DNA of 64,000 bases from Adineta vaga (Eukaryota > Animalia > Rotifera), in the NCBI GenBank assembly GCA_021613535.1, contig CP075493.1, positions 11,718,001-11,782,000 on the forward strand, in the 5' to 3' direction. Position 1 is the first letter of the stretch; each line of letters starts with the position of its first letter. The position numbers were made by a program, and so were the translations under genes. Shown here piece by piece: positions 25,775 to 38,788 of the stretch. The notes beneath the pieces were generated by a model. It was not told the origin of the DNA and made no database searches. It saw only the letters and a list, made by a program, of their open reading frames with translations.

Positions 25775-26207
25775 TTATGAATCGATGGTAGAATAAGATT
25801 CAGAATCGACTGTAAACGTAGGTTCTCGATTTATTGGTGTTCCTGGAGCTGGTAATCCTCCAACAGTAAATTTAACTTTAGCGAATTTACCATCAGGTAA
25901 AGCAATCTAAACATTCTTGTTCATTTTTATAATTTTTAATAAAATTTTAATAATACTCACCATATATGTGTAGAGTAAGGCACATGCGTCAACTACGTTG
26001 ACACCAACTGCCTTTGCTTGAAAATCAGTTGAAAGCGACGGAAATGTTTTGTGTAAAGCTTTTTCAATACCTAACTTATACTAGAAAATAAATCGATTTG
26101 TACATAAATTAGCTAATATTATCAGTATTTAGAATAAATAACATACATACCGATTGAAATGTATTTTCATCGTCTGCAGTTAATTGGCGAATTTTGTCGA
26201 AGTCCAT
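25775..26207 (-). CDS. Divergent stefin/cystatin-like protein (102 aa, 3 exons), not in the ORF track
   Basis: Exons 26207-26151, 26080-25961 and 25906-25775, both introns phase 0 GT-AG: MDFDKIRQLTADDENTFQS|YKLGIEKALHKTFPSLSTDFQAKAVGVNVVDACALLYTYM|IALPDGKFAKVKFTVGGLPAPG...; size and exon layout match stefins. Confidence 0.65.
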
Positions 26208-26974
26208 GCTAACAGATTTTCAATGAAACTTGTGATTCAATAGATTTAAGTATGTTGCGATGCGTTGTGCAATAATAACTTTCAATAATATAATGAAAGA
26301 GAAAAATAACGATGCATATTGAATAAGTATTTTGTTGTTGTTATTAAACGTCCATCGTACTTTTTTCGTTCTCTAGTGTTTTTGATCATTATGTCAAGTT
26401 AACTATTTGCATCTGTACATTTTTTCTCATAAAAATCAACGTGAGTACAAAAAAAAGTTGACAAAAAATGATTATTGATGTGATGATAGATTTACCAATG
26501 CACAATTCACATAAAAATATATCACATGTAATTTATCTATTTTTCATTTTGCAAGCGCTATCTTCACTGTCAAACGATGATTTATATTTGTTTATAATCT
26601 ATTAAAAAATAATTATCTTCTTTTTTTCTTTTTCAAATATTCAAATCATCTGATTCACCTATTATCTATCGATCATAAAATACTTTTGAATTATCTACGA
26701 GCTTCGCTCAAAAGTAGATAAGTATTATAATAAACTTTCTCTGTTCGTCTTCATTCAATCGTCTATTCAAAATAAATAACGCTGATCGAGAGTGACTCGC
26801 TTGACGGATTAACAAAACGAAATTTACTGCTTATTTTTACTGAAAAGTTTCTGTCTTAGAAATGAACTTTTTTATGATTGATGAAATATTTGTGACATAT
26901 CAATCGACCGACAATTAGACAATAAGTAACACTACTTATTTATATATTTGCGAAGCTTTCTCTAAAAGACTTAG

Positions 26975-27618
26975 AAGGATGGTGGGTAGTATATTTACGC
27001 ATCAATCTAACCTTCAACCACATCCGGTTTTTGAAAATTCAATATCTTAACAAAGAATGTATTCTTTTTGTTTGAAACTTTCAGGGTATTCTAGTAGTTC
27101 TTAGAATTATTCTCGTGTCGGAGTCTCCTACTTATACTGAATATCCAGCCTGATAAAACCTTATATTAGTCCATAGGCGAGCATCAAAAAAACCTTAATT
27201 GACTGGGTCATTGGAACGAAAAAACCTGATCGATCCAGAATCCAAGTTCATAGGAACAAATGTGAGCAGTATTAGACGACGAAAAACTCTCATCGGCCCA
27301 AGTCCTACCAAAAACAGATGTGTCGATGAATAACCCTAGAATTTTAGAAACTTGTTTGTTTGACGTTAGAACTCATCGCATATCGAGCTCTTTTGAATTT
27401 TTGACCATTTTTGAAGAAAAAGTTTTTTTGACCTTTCACCAACACCCTTACCGCACCTCCCTCCACCATCCATTACACATCACTCTACCACCACCCTACT
27501 ATTGATTTTTGATGTTTTCCGTCATTTTGAAGAAAATGTTTTTTTGACCTGCCACAAACAAACACACAAACCATTTTAGTTTTTTTCGTATCACCCTCCC
27601 TTCAGTCGAGGAAATAAT
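26975..27618 (+). mobile_element. Possible non-autonomous repeat (Helitron/Helentron-like 3' end)
   Basis: Internal direct repeat CATTTT(T)GAAGAAAAwGTTTTTTTGACCT (about 27405 and 27523), C-rich patch, terminal hairpin CCTCCCTTCAGTCGAGG followed by AAATAA. Left boundary uncertain. Confidence 0.3.
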
Positions 27619-27696
27619 ATAATGAATATAAATTTCAAGTAACTCAATTTATATTTTTAAAATAATACATATAAGAGTATGCTGTATCATGTTCTA

Positions 27697-27894
27697 CACT
27701 CTAAAAAAAATAGGATTTTTACCGAACCTGTATCCAGGGGAAGATCCTTTGAGGTTTCGTAGCGATTTACTAAACCAAAAAAAGTTCGGTTGAATCTTCA
27801 TCGATCTTTTTTTAGTTGGGCAAATCGATAAGAAACCTCAAAGGATCTTCCCCTGGATACAGGTTCGGTAAAAATCCTATTTTTTTTTAGAGTG
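27697..27894. mobile_element. Palindromic MITE with CACT termini and TA flanks
   Basis: ta|CACTCTAAAAAAAATAGGATTTTTACCGAACCTGTATCCAGGGGAAGATCCTTTGAGGTTTC ... mirrored ... AGAGTG|ta; about 62 bp near-perfect TIRs. Confidence 0.9.
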
Positions 27895-28015
27895 TAACAT
27901 GTTTTTATTAACAAGAAATCATATTTATCTACCAAAAACAATATAAAAACTAAATATGTTTGTCAAAAATCTATCTGTATTAATATGAAGATAAAATGGA
28001 ACACATACACATATA

Positions 28016-29273
28016 CAGTAAGTGCCATAAGTGGACCCACACTCTTTTCGATATTGAACAATGACCTTTCTCTTATTTTTTTACTTTGTTCGGACCGACT
28101 ATTCATAGCCATCATCGCATATAAATAGGAACATTTCTATTGCTTCTCTTATCAATTTATAACTCAATCAAAGAATGGACATTTCTATAAAGAAAAGATG
28201 GGAAATCGTATTTTTATCACAACATCGGTATGGCCCACATATGTCAAATGCTGATATTTCACGATATTAACATGTTCATGAGTTGACTGTAAGATATTGG
28301 CTTGAAAGATATGAAACAACAGGTGAGGTGAAAGTTATAGAAAAATTTGGTCGTAAACGGTGTACCACAGAAAAACAAAATACAGCTATTGAATCAATGG
28401 TGGCTCAACATCCAACTGAATCTCTAGATCAAATTGCATTTAGATTATCAAAGCAAGGTATAATAGTTAGTAAAACAACATTAAGAAGAAGATTTAAAGA
28501 AGCTGGTGTACAATCAATGAAGCCAACTTTCAAGCAATTGTTAACAAGTGATCATATTGAAAAAAGACTCAAATGGGCAATTGAACATAAATATGTTAAT
28601 TGGAATCAAGTCGTTTTTACAGATGAAGCTTCATTTCATATGAAACAAGTGATAAGACATGTATGGAAAAAGCGTGGTGAAAATTATTATGTATCAACAA
28701 TCAAACATCCTATCAAAATTCAGGCTTGGGACTGTTTCAGTAACCAAGGATTTGGTAAATTATTTTTATTTACAGGAACATTAAACTCAAAGCTGATGTA
28801 CAAAATTTACAAGTATGGAATTCTACCATCAACAAAAAATGATTTGGTGATAATCATACTAACTGGAGTTTATTCGAAGATAATGATCCAAAACATACTT
28901 CTAAAATGTGTAAAAGATTTAAGGTCGACAATGGAGTGCAATCTTTACCATGGCCATCACAATCACTAGACTGTAATCCGATCGAGAATGTTTGGGCATT
29001 AATGAAGCTTAAAATCAACAAACAACCACATACATCAATGAAGAATTTTATGGCAAGAATAAGAAAAGAATGGAAAAATTTATCTGTTGATTTTGCTGCA
29101 AAATTAGTCAACTCTATGGAACATAGAATAGAATTGTTAATTGAAAGAAATGATGACTATATAAATTATTGAGATGATGTACATATTATGTAGATTTTAT
29201 AAATAAAATATGACAAAATAACCCTTTTGTCTTCCTCGTTTTTTTTGATCGGGTCCACTTATGGCACTTACTG
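28016..29273 (+). mobile_element. Tc1-family DNA transposon (DD34E), full length, transposase disrupted
   Basis: Perfect 23 bp TIRs CAGTAAGTGCCATAAGTGGACCC and TA TSD; 1258 bp. Confidence 0.95.
28175..29172 (+). pseudogene. Tc1 transposase with a premature stop (about 28268) and a frameshift (about 28840)
   Basis: Motifs GRKR, FTDEA, EDNDPKH and WPSQSLDCNPIENVW; 34 residues between the second D and the E. Confidence 0.9.
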
Positions 29274-29620
29274 TAAATCAAGTGTTTATAAAGTTCTAGC
29301 CACATGTATATGACTCAAGGATGTAATCAATATTCAATTGCTACAGAAATATATCATAAAAATGTAGTTGAAATAAAGAAATATTTTTTTGTATCCACAG
29401 CAGTAAACAGTAAAATGATTCATATGGAAATTTTTATCGCACAAGAGTGAAAGAAAATGAATTGCATTTTATTTACAATATTAAATTTTTTTAATTGAAA
29501 AAAAAACTAGGGAAAATGAATTTTACGAATGCTGTAGGTGAACTTCTGCTACATATATATATATATCATGTTTTCTATTAAATGTAATGAAATTTATTTT
29601 TAGCGAAAAGAATGTGGATG

Positions 29621-31020
29621 CATAGGCGGCGGAACGCCTAGGCTCGTTAGGCTTGAGCCTTACCTGAATTTAACACCAATAGGCTCAGCCTTAACTAAAT
29701 TCAGACTTTAAAATCTGATTCATCAAGTAAAGTTTATTTTTCTACTGATATTGAAGCTTTTTAGTGAGATTATCATTATATGAGGATGAAAATATAACAA
29801 GAAATACAGTGGAAATGTAATCCATTTAACTTCATAATGCCCAGTGACGTCTCTCGCATTTTCAAATTGAATGGTATATGAACTGGACCAATTATCGAAT
29901 CATATGGTGAAAAAAAACCAGTTACATTCGAACAATTCTGCTTTATATCGTCAAAATTCAAGATAAAACTCAGGAGCTCAAAAATGATCTCTTTCATCAC
30001 AGAAAAATTCCTCTAACACAATTGAATAACTTTCTTACAAGTCCTCAATATAGAAATGTTGAAATCTCTCCTACAACCAAAACCTCTACTCTTATTCGAA
30101 CATCAAATCTCAACCATGTCTTAGAAAATAATTTTGCACAACAAAATCGGGACGAAACCTCTGATAGTTATAAAGTATTGAATACAGATAATCCGGCACG
30201 AGATCATCCATTTATTGTTTCATCAAACTTAGAGAGAGAAGGTATCAGCTATAAACAGCGCCAATGGCACCGCCGCTCCAATAGTAAACGATGTATATTC
30301 ATGATTGTGGAAAAGCGAAGAACGAAAACAGCTAAGGAGATGATTTGATATTTGAAAGTTTCTTATCGTTATTACAACTGATGAATTTAGTCACATTATG
30401 TTCATTGAATCAAACAGCACTTATTTCAAAATGTAACTTGTCATGATGTAATTTTTCAAATCTATATCATCCTCTAACAGAGGATGAACTAGACTCGACA
30501 ATTCTTGACAAACGAACATGTCAAAGGAAATGGTCTTTTCAGAATATTCATGGTTAACATTCTTCAAAGTGATGATCTAAAAAGGGTAGTGGAAAAATAG
30601 TTTCCATCAAGAGGGAACAATAGGCAACAAGAAAGAAAATGCTTTTTACCACAGAAGGTAGTAGTAAAATCGATTTATACTTTCGATTAGAGTGCCTGTA
30701 ACACCTGAACGATTGAAACTAAAAATTGCTACCTTGCATAGTAGCGCTTACAATGCGTATTAAATAATTGAGACTTCATCGTACACACATATTAAGAATG
30801 TTGTTTTACCCAAAACTGAATTGAAAATCTTAGAAAAACTAGATAAAAAGACCAATAATGAACGGCTCAATGTGAATTTATCTCCTTTTTCCGACGGTGA
30901 AAACTGCAGGTCTCTATCTTTTTTCTATCAAAAGTTATATGAAAATATGGTGTGCGGTTAATTTTGTCGTTAGTAGTTATATCGAGCCTTACCTGATTTC
31001 AAAACGTTCCGCCGCCCCTG
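29621..31020. mobile_element. Decayed hAT-like element
   Basis: Termini CATAGGCGGCGGAACG ... CGTTCCGCCGCCCCTG (imperfect TIR); subterminal GAGCCTTACCTGA at both ends; no clear TSD. Confidence 0.6.
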
Positions 31021-32630
31021 GTAGAAAATGTGTTATATATACTGATAATTAAATGATATTTTTACATGTTGAGAGAAAAATGGTTCACGCATGCGTTGAG
31101 AACCTTAAAAAGATAAATTTGCTTATGTTTGGCTGTTTACCCCTGACATCATCATAAAAAAGATAAGTCATATATTCTATAGGATATTATTGTCTCAAGC
31201 TTTATCTATGGTGCAACTAAAAGTACGATCTCAACGTAATCTATCATATGTTTTGAATCTTGTTCACATTCAACTCATCATAAGGAACAACATTCTTTAT
31301 TATTCTTTTGTTAGGACAGCAACTAGGACGAATGAATATAAAGTCTCTGAGTACAATAGTGCATCATTTTTGACGATTTAATCTATTAAACTTTCAAAAA
31401 ATACAGATCAAGGAAATTAACTCCATCAACTATTCATCAAAGAGCATCTGGACTGTGTCAAAACAACCTGTAGGTGTCATTTTCTTCCAGAGATGGACAA
31501 CTCTGGATTTTTCATGAAAAATCAACCGAGTTAAAGAGATATTATGAAACAAAAAGTGAAGTTACAGCACTCTATATGAATGGAGGATACTATCCTCAGT
31601 TTTCCCAACAACGGTTACTACGGAGTTGTAGCTAAGCTTTCTTTTGCTAGGAAAGTTAACTTTGAATTTGCCCATCTACGGTTTCTTTCGAGAAGTACGA
31701 GTCAAATACCAATTCTGTTGAAAAACATCAAAGTAATAACTACGCGCCAGAGCCCCGCATGGAATGGGATGGGGCCAAAATTCTTTCTCCCATCCCATCC
31801 AATAGCTTTGAAGAAGTATTAAAAACCCTCTAGAAAACAGCCCCCTCACGTTAGCATTGTCTACCAAAAACGTTTCAACACACAGACGTCAAATTATTCT
31901 TTGCGTTTTACATCTCCTTACGGTTTGCTTTGATCTTTCTTCAATAAAGGATACATTCGTTCAGTTGTAAATTGGTTAAGAGTTAATGAAGAATCAGCAG
32001 TTGAAGATATAGGTGTAGAAAAGTCTATAACTGTATATTTATCAGATGGACTTTCAAGGATAGGTAGCGACTTGTTCAAAGACATTTCCAGTAAGTGAAG
32101 ATGGATATTCATATCAATAGGTAGATAATTATTCTCCAACGACGCATGGAAATTTACCAAATGCTCAACGCGGATCAATATCAGCACGAGCACAATTAAA
32201 TCAAAAAGATCCTTCATCATATTCTTCTAATTGCACTGACAGAGGACGTTTGAAGTTTATTTTTATTAATCATCAAAGTTTTCTTTTTGAATGAAAGATT
32301 TTCTTTTCTTAGGAAAAGCCTTTATCATGAACCATTTTCAAGACAATAGTGGTGATTTATATTCAAATAACTATTCACCAAATGGTTATCATCAATATCC
32401 AGGTGATATGTATTATGATAATCCAAGAATGAACTCATTCGATATAAATACATTTAAATGTCCAAAAGCATTAACCATTATTATTTATTTATTAGTTCGA
32501 TTTTCTACATAGACAGCTTGATAAAGCTTATTTTAATTGCAGATATAATGAACATTAATCTTTTTTTCTTTTATATTTTCTTTTATTGATAAATCTTTTG
32601 GAACTTTTAACCAAATATGTATATTGTAAT

Positions 32631-32857
32631 TGTAGTGGTATGTGTGAGTTCTTGTTTATTACGAAAACAGAAACGAAAGAGACGAACAACGGCGAGAATA
32701 GAAACAGTGAAGATGATGTGACGAAACGAGAAGAAGAATAACAACAACAGACAGACATCTATATATATATGTATGTGTACCAACATAATATATGTGCAAG
32801 AGAAGAACGAAAGAGATAGAGAGAAACGAAAACGAGAGAAAACAGGAACATTTTACA
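32631..32857 (-). mobile_element. Solo LTR (227 bp)
   Basis: TGTA...TACA termini, 4 bp TSD TAAT on both sides, TATA-like (TA)n run and AATAAA on the minus strand. Confidence 0.7.
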
Positions 32858-33453
32858 TAATGTTCCTAATAACTTTTTAGTTAAAGAATAATGTACTTAA
32901 TTCTCTACATATATTAATGAGGATAAACACAAAAATAATTTTATCTTTATGAATGTACATGAATAGATCAATAACAAAACAGATAAATGATAACATTTAA
33001 ATGATATGATATGAAAGGTATGAAATAGTATTTCTACTTCGACTAATTATTAATATGATATAAGATGAGACTCTAGTACAAAAAGAACTGTATATATAAT
33101 GAAATATTTAGTTCAATAATTGAAAATCTCGATGACTATAATCGATATATTAGATGAGATATTATGTTCACTACACTTAGCATGATTTAAGAAGTTGGAA
33201 TCATTCGGATTTTAACCTTGCTTTGAGATTCTCGCGATTGTTTTAGTTGAAAATTCATTAAGAAATACTATACGAAAAGTTTGTAAATTTCGAGGGTTAG
33301 ATTATAGAGGGTGATAAGTGTTTGTATTAGAATAAGTTTGTTTACCCATGCATATATGTCGAAGAATGAGAGAAAATGATGTCATATAGAGAAAGATTTT
33401 CTACTGTTAGTGAATTTAGTTTAGTCATATATTCGATCGATTTATTCTACACA

Positions 33454-34930
33454 ATGGCCAACAACATTAGCACAACGAAAACAGTCCGAAATATCGGAAT
33501 AAATAGTCATAAGCTGCGATAACAGGTCGTATAGGTACAACTGGTGCCAATACCTGCGTTGTTTTTGTTGCTTTCTTTAAAGAAAACAACAAAGTTTTTA
33601 TCGAACATCGGAATGAGTTTCCAGATCAACCAGATGAAACGAATATGAAGAATTGCCTTACCTACGTAGCATCACATCTCGAAAAGAAAAATAAGGCAAA
33701 AGCAACGATATCGTAAGTGTGATTGAAACTAATGAAACAATTGAGAAATCAATAGATTACGTATCATCTATTAATGATCTAGAGAAAACTGTTCTGTTAT
33801 ATAGTAACTTCAGACAAACACGTGGACGATAAGAAGAGACAATGTAAAGAAAAAAAAGGATTTTTGAATTGAGATATCATTTGAATTTTTCCTGTTTACA
33901 TTTACATTGATGTAATAGTTGATGATCAAATCAAATTCAAATGAGAAACTTTCGGGATCTTTATTTTAATACAATTTATTTTTGTTCGTCAATCGTCTGT
34001 CAAATTAGAGATTATTTGATTCATTTTGAAAACTATGACTTTTTATTAAGAAAATAAATTGTTATTTCTTGAACAAACTTATCATATGTATGTCGACTTA
34101 ATCTCTTCTCTTTGTCATTGAAAGAAGAGTTAGCTTTACATACCATATGATCGATTCGAAGTTGCCATCATTTTCTCGAATTCAAAGGAAACTTTTTAAT
34201 GATAATGTTGATCTTAATATTTTATCATGAGATAATTATTCTGCTCATGTTACACTTAGAAAAAGATTTGAAAAAATTCTTTGTACATATTTTTCAAAAT
34301 TTTGTCGTTCTATAAGGAAATTTACCTTTTTTGAAAGCCAATCGTCAATAATATTGTGACAGAATGACTGGACAAAATAGAATATTGCTGTAATTGTTTT
34401 TTATTAAGTAGATAATATGATATTGATTAGATTAAAACGAGACCTTTTTTTTAAAGAAAAAGATATAGCATATCCGATTTTCAATAAATGAAATTAAAAA
34501 GAAGAAAATTAATATAAATTTTTTTTTCATTGTGAATTTTTCATAATATAGATCGGTATTTATTCTCGGTGGTACAACTAATTTCAAAGATATGCAAAGT
34601 CAAATCGAAAAGTTAATTGAGAAGAATGATAATCAAAACCCATCTACATACAATCAGATGATCAAGAATATTAGATGGATTAATGTAACGATGAACTTAC
34701 ATACAGAACAAGAAGAAATAACAGGAGAATGTGGCCTTGATTTTATCGTCACTCGAGACAACAACACTAGTCAGATTGTCTTTTCGCAAAATTGGGCAAG
34801 CCTTTCGGGTGGTTTGACTGAGATGCTAATTGGAGTGATGACATTCAATGTATTGTCAGGCCACATTCATTATGCACTTGGAAACAACAATCCAAATAAC
34901 GGAGGTAAAATTCATTCATTTTACGTTTGA
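33454..34930 (+). CDS. CheD/NTAN1-like Cys-His deamidase-fold protein (about 212 aa, 2 exons, 1-nt frameshift near 33510)
   Basis: Exon 1 33454-33712 (RIGTTGANTCVVFVAFFKENNKVFIEH), 839 bp GT-AG intron, exon 2 34552-34930 beginning SVFILGG and in frame with the 34592 ORF. Confidence 0.55.
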
Positions 34931-35229
34931 TTTAATTCAAATCATTTGAATTAACTCCAGTAACATTAAATGTCTCGATCGTATTGAGAAAACACCACGA
35001 ACAGACAGTTGTAGATATTGCTCTTTTGAGTTATTTTAATACTAAGAGTTATGCAGTATTGATATCGAGCGTATTTTTTCTTCGAAAAAACAGATCTCCT
35101 CGGAACGTTTTTTGCAAATTGCAGCATAAGAGAAACATTCGACACGTATTATACTTTTTTTTATTCGATTTGGAGTTATAATAGAAAGGTCATTCTATTC
35201 ATTATTGACATGTATATATATATATATTA

Positions 35230-35755
35230 TCGTTTGCTTACGATTTCTTTCTTTTACTGTTCATCTTTTATAAGAAAACTTAAATTATTGTTTAATTATT
35301 TGTTCCAATCAAAATAAATCGAAATACAATACTTCAATATCAATCAATTTTATTTGAAAACAAAAATTCAATTTTTCTTTTCTTTCATCGTTTTTTTCTA
35401 AGAAAAACTGAATAAAATTCATAAGATAGAGTAAAATAAATAAGATAAAAATAAAAGGAAATGAAATAGATCGAATTGAATTTAGTTGAATAATTAATTG
35501 ATTTTTCCAAAAACATAAAAATAGAATACACAATTTAAATTATTTTTTGACGTTTTGATAAACGAAATTCATCTTCTTCGGACACGTACTATCATTTCTT
35601 GTTCTTTCTCTTATTTTTTCTTTGACATATCATATGATCGTAGAATGAACGCAGAAAAATAAATGAATCGTCTATCCGTATAATCTGAACAAATAGTTAA
35701 TAATAACAATTTTCTTATAAAAGATAAACATCAATAGAAAGAAATCATAAGCAAG
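35230..35755. mobile_element. Old AT-rich MITE-like inverted repeat
   Basis: TTGCTTACGATTTCTTTC...TTTTATAAGAAAA...ATTTGTTC (35234-35305) imperfectly mirrored by GAACAAAT...TTTTCTTATAAAAG...GAAAGAAATCATAAGCAA (35687-35754). Confidence 0.55.
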
Positions 35756-36354
35756 AAATGCAAAAATATCAATAATTGATATTTATTTCATTTATGTTAA
35801 AAGCTATTGCGAGCTACGTTGAAAAGATATGAATGAATTTTTTGTCTATATTTCTCGCTTTGAATATGAAATCTTTAAAAAATGAGCCTACCTAAGAAAA
35901 TGATATCTCTTCTAACAAAAAGGAAACAACATTACTCAAACTCTTTCTAATGTTGAATAATTTTTGAAAAAAACATGTTTTTCCACCACTACAAACTCTT
36001 TGTATAGGTTATCTGTAATATAGAGACTGAGTACTATAGTAAATCTGCAATTTCTCTCATTTCATAGGAAGTGCAAATGCAAGACAAGAATATCAAAACA
36101 ATTCATTTGTTCATCTCAAAACGATTATGTCACATATCAATGCAACTCAGTTATTTGGTGATGATGCTGATAAACTGATCGACAGCATCAAAGCTATGGA
36201 ACAGGAAGTACAAACCTCATCTGATGAGGAAGCGTCAAAATCTAGAGATGAATACTACTGATATCTTCAAAGTAGGAATCTAAAAGCATAAAAACGAATT
36301 TTTGAATATCTCTGTATAATAGACTTTCTACAATCGCAATTATGCGAATAATAA

Positions 36355-36645
36355 TATATAACTCGAAATATCCATCATATAGTTTATGTAAAAGAAATAG
36401 AAGGAGCGATGGATTAAAGAAAAATGTATTATCTATTATGGACTTTCTGCAAATGGCGTAGACGAATTGCAGGCTATATAAAAACTCAAAATCCATGATG
36501 GAATTTCTGTAAAGGGAGTAGAAAGGCTGATGAACATCAAATAATCAAAATCCATCATGAACTCTGTATAAATAGAGTAGAGAATGTAATAGACATATAA
36601 AACCCAGTATTCATTATGGATTTTTGTCTAAGCGAAGTAAATCTC
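36355..36645. repeat. Degenerate ~60 bp tandem repeat, about 5 units
   Basis: Recurring AAAwTCCATsATGGA.TT..GTAAA...GAGTAGA motif at about 60 nt spacing (36369, 36431, 36490, 36549, 36609). Confidence 0.5.
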
Positions 36646-37190
36646 CTCCTGTAGTAAAAATCTCCGGCTCTTCTAGTATGAACCTGGGAGTGTATAGGGA
36701 AATATTTGTATTTTTCCGAAAAAAGCAGTTTTTACATGCAAAAATTCACGTGAAAAAGTTTCTCTCATGCATTGCAATATCTGCTATATTTGATAAGAAA
36801 ATTATCAGAATAAGACAGTTCATTATATTTCAGTTAAAAAGGCTTCATATCTTATTAGCATAATCTAAATAAGACATCCTTTTACAAATTATAAGATGAA
36901 TTCGTATTTTTTCTTTTGCTTTTATTTATAGCTCATGTTCCATGACCACCGGTATCGTCAATCTATGAGATGGAATTTTTTTTTATTTCTTTTTTGACGA
37001 TAATAAAAAAAGAAGAAGAATTTATGAGATAAAAAGGTATGTATTGAAAATGCCGAAAGAAAAATATCAACGAGAAAATACTTTCGAACAAAAAAAACTA
37101 TGTTAGGTGATAGACTAAGTATTAGTTTTATTTAACTAAAGAAAAAAGATCACATGAAGTGAACCAAAGTGAAACTCATGTTGTAAAAAT

Positions 37191-37852
37191 CATAGGTGTG
37201 TACAGGACAGGACAAACGGATATCACATTACTTTCGAAGTAAGATTTTAAAAGAAGACGTTTGAATTAACTAAACAGATATAATAGTTGTAGCATGATTA
37301 TGATTTTCGTCTTCCAGTCATAATACCAAGCTTATTAATTGAAGTGCGGAACAAAAAAGATTATTTACTACAACAAAATAAAGATTTAATCGACTGAATA
37401 TCACCAAGAGAGAATACTTAATATTTTTTCATTTGGTTTCAATCTTGTTGCTCTATCGTTCAACAACCATTGTGCTGTCGAAAAGTCCCTTTTAGCATTA
37501 ATAGTTGTAGACGGAATTGACAGGATAAATGGAACATATTGACAAACAAATGTTAGTTCAGTTTCGTATAGCGTTTCTAAAATTCCAATGGATCAGTATC
37601 TCCTTTTATTTCAACTGTTTTTATTGTGCATTGCGGCTATCGCTACTTTAGAGGATAACTAGATAGTATTGGCTAAGGACATCTACCGCTTCTTTTTCTA
37701 CGCAGTTATCTTACTGGGAAAAAACAGTTATTTTTGTCTATCAAAAAAAAGAAAATGTGACATATAAATAACAGGGCACAACAACTATGTCCTGCAAAAA
37801 AAACCGAGTAGGACAAAATTTCAGAACACATCCTGCCCTGTAGAAACCTCTG
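37191..37852. mobile_element. Non-autonomous hAT-like element
   Basis: Imperfect TIR CATAGGTGTGTACAGGACAGGA / TCCTGCCCTGTAGAAACCTCTG; 8 bp flanks GTAAAAAT and GTACCAAT (6/8 match). Confidence 0.6.
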
Positions 37853-38612
37853 GTACCAATAAATGCATATAGGTCGTAAAAAATGTTAATTTTTGTACTT
37901 ATATTGAAATGGAAATGTGTTAGTAATATATGATCAGTTTTTGTTTGATATGTTCACGATAATAATTTGAGTGTTTTTTTGCTATGGAAAGTATAATTTG
38001 GTTTTGTAATATCGGCGGTATTTTTTGAAATGTAATGAACCATATAGTTAGTTTCACATGATCTTGTTTTCATTATATTCGGTGTCTATTCAGAAATCTG
38101 GAATGTTCGTACATAGAAGCACTTATTGAACGAAAACATCGGCTAGTCAGTGAAAGTAAATAAAAAAAGAGGATATTAAAAAGGTAACAGGAAAAAAACA
38201 ATATTAGTCAATAAAAACATCTTTTGCTATATTTCGACATATTACATAATCAACATGTTCTTTTCGCCATCTTTTCTTTCGACGTTTTCATTGTAAACTA
38301 AAGCTAGATTTTAGACTATCCAGCTAACATAGCTGAGAACATCTTATTATACCCTGCGTGTATGGCATATACATAATAATGAACAGGCGAGTGAAAAAGC
38401 AATTTCCATAGTATACATCAAAGAAATTGATAGAGAAATACAATCGAATGAGATTTCTCAGAACAGAAGACACGATTCGACAGAAAACTATTGAAATCTA
38501 GAAGTCAATATCTAATATCAATTTAATTCCGTCGTTTAATTATATTCACCATTCAGTGTGAATAGACCATAAACAAGATACAATAAAAATAAACTAAACA
38601 ATATCAGATATA

Positions 38613-38788
38613 CAGTGGCTCCAAAAATTATTCATACAGCAGTTATCTTTAACTTGTATTTCATAGTATGCAACAAAGGATAGTGGTAGAGATGCGCCGT
38701 TTTCACCGTTGTATCCATCATAGTATCTAGTTTATATCAGCAAAATATCAGGTCTACATCTTTCTTTGAATAATTTTTGGAGCCACTG
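38613..38788. mobile_element. Tc1/mariner-derived MITE
   Basis: Perfect 22 bp TIR CAGTGGCTCCAAAAATTATTCA, TA TSD, 176 bp. Confidence 0.9.

Noticed and set aside
31400-32230. Probable TE fragments (ATGGGATGGG/CCCATCCCAT patch, decayed ORF 31918-32220)
   Set aside because: Boundaries and family cannot be established from the sequence alone.
36355-36645. CRISPR-like spacing of a partly palindromic motif
   Set aside because: Units are degenerate along their whole length with no identical repeats or unique spacers; no cas genes; eukaryotic context.
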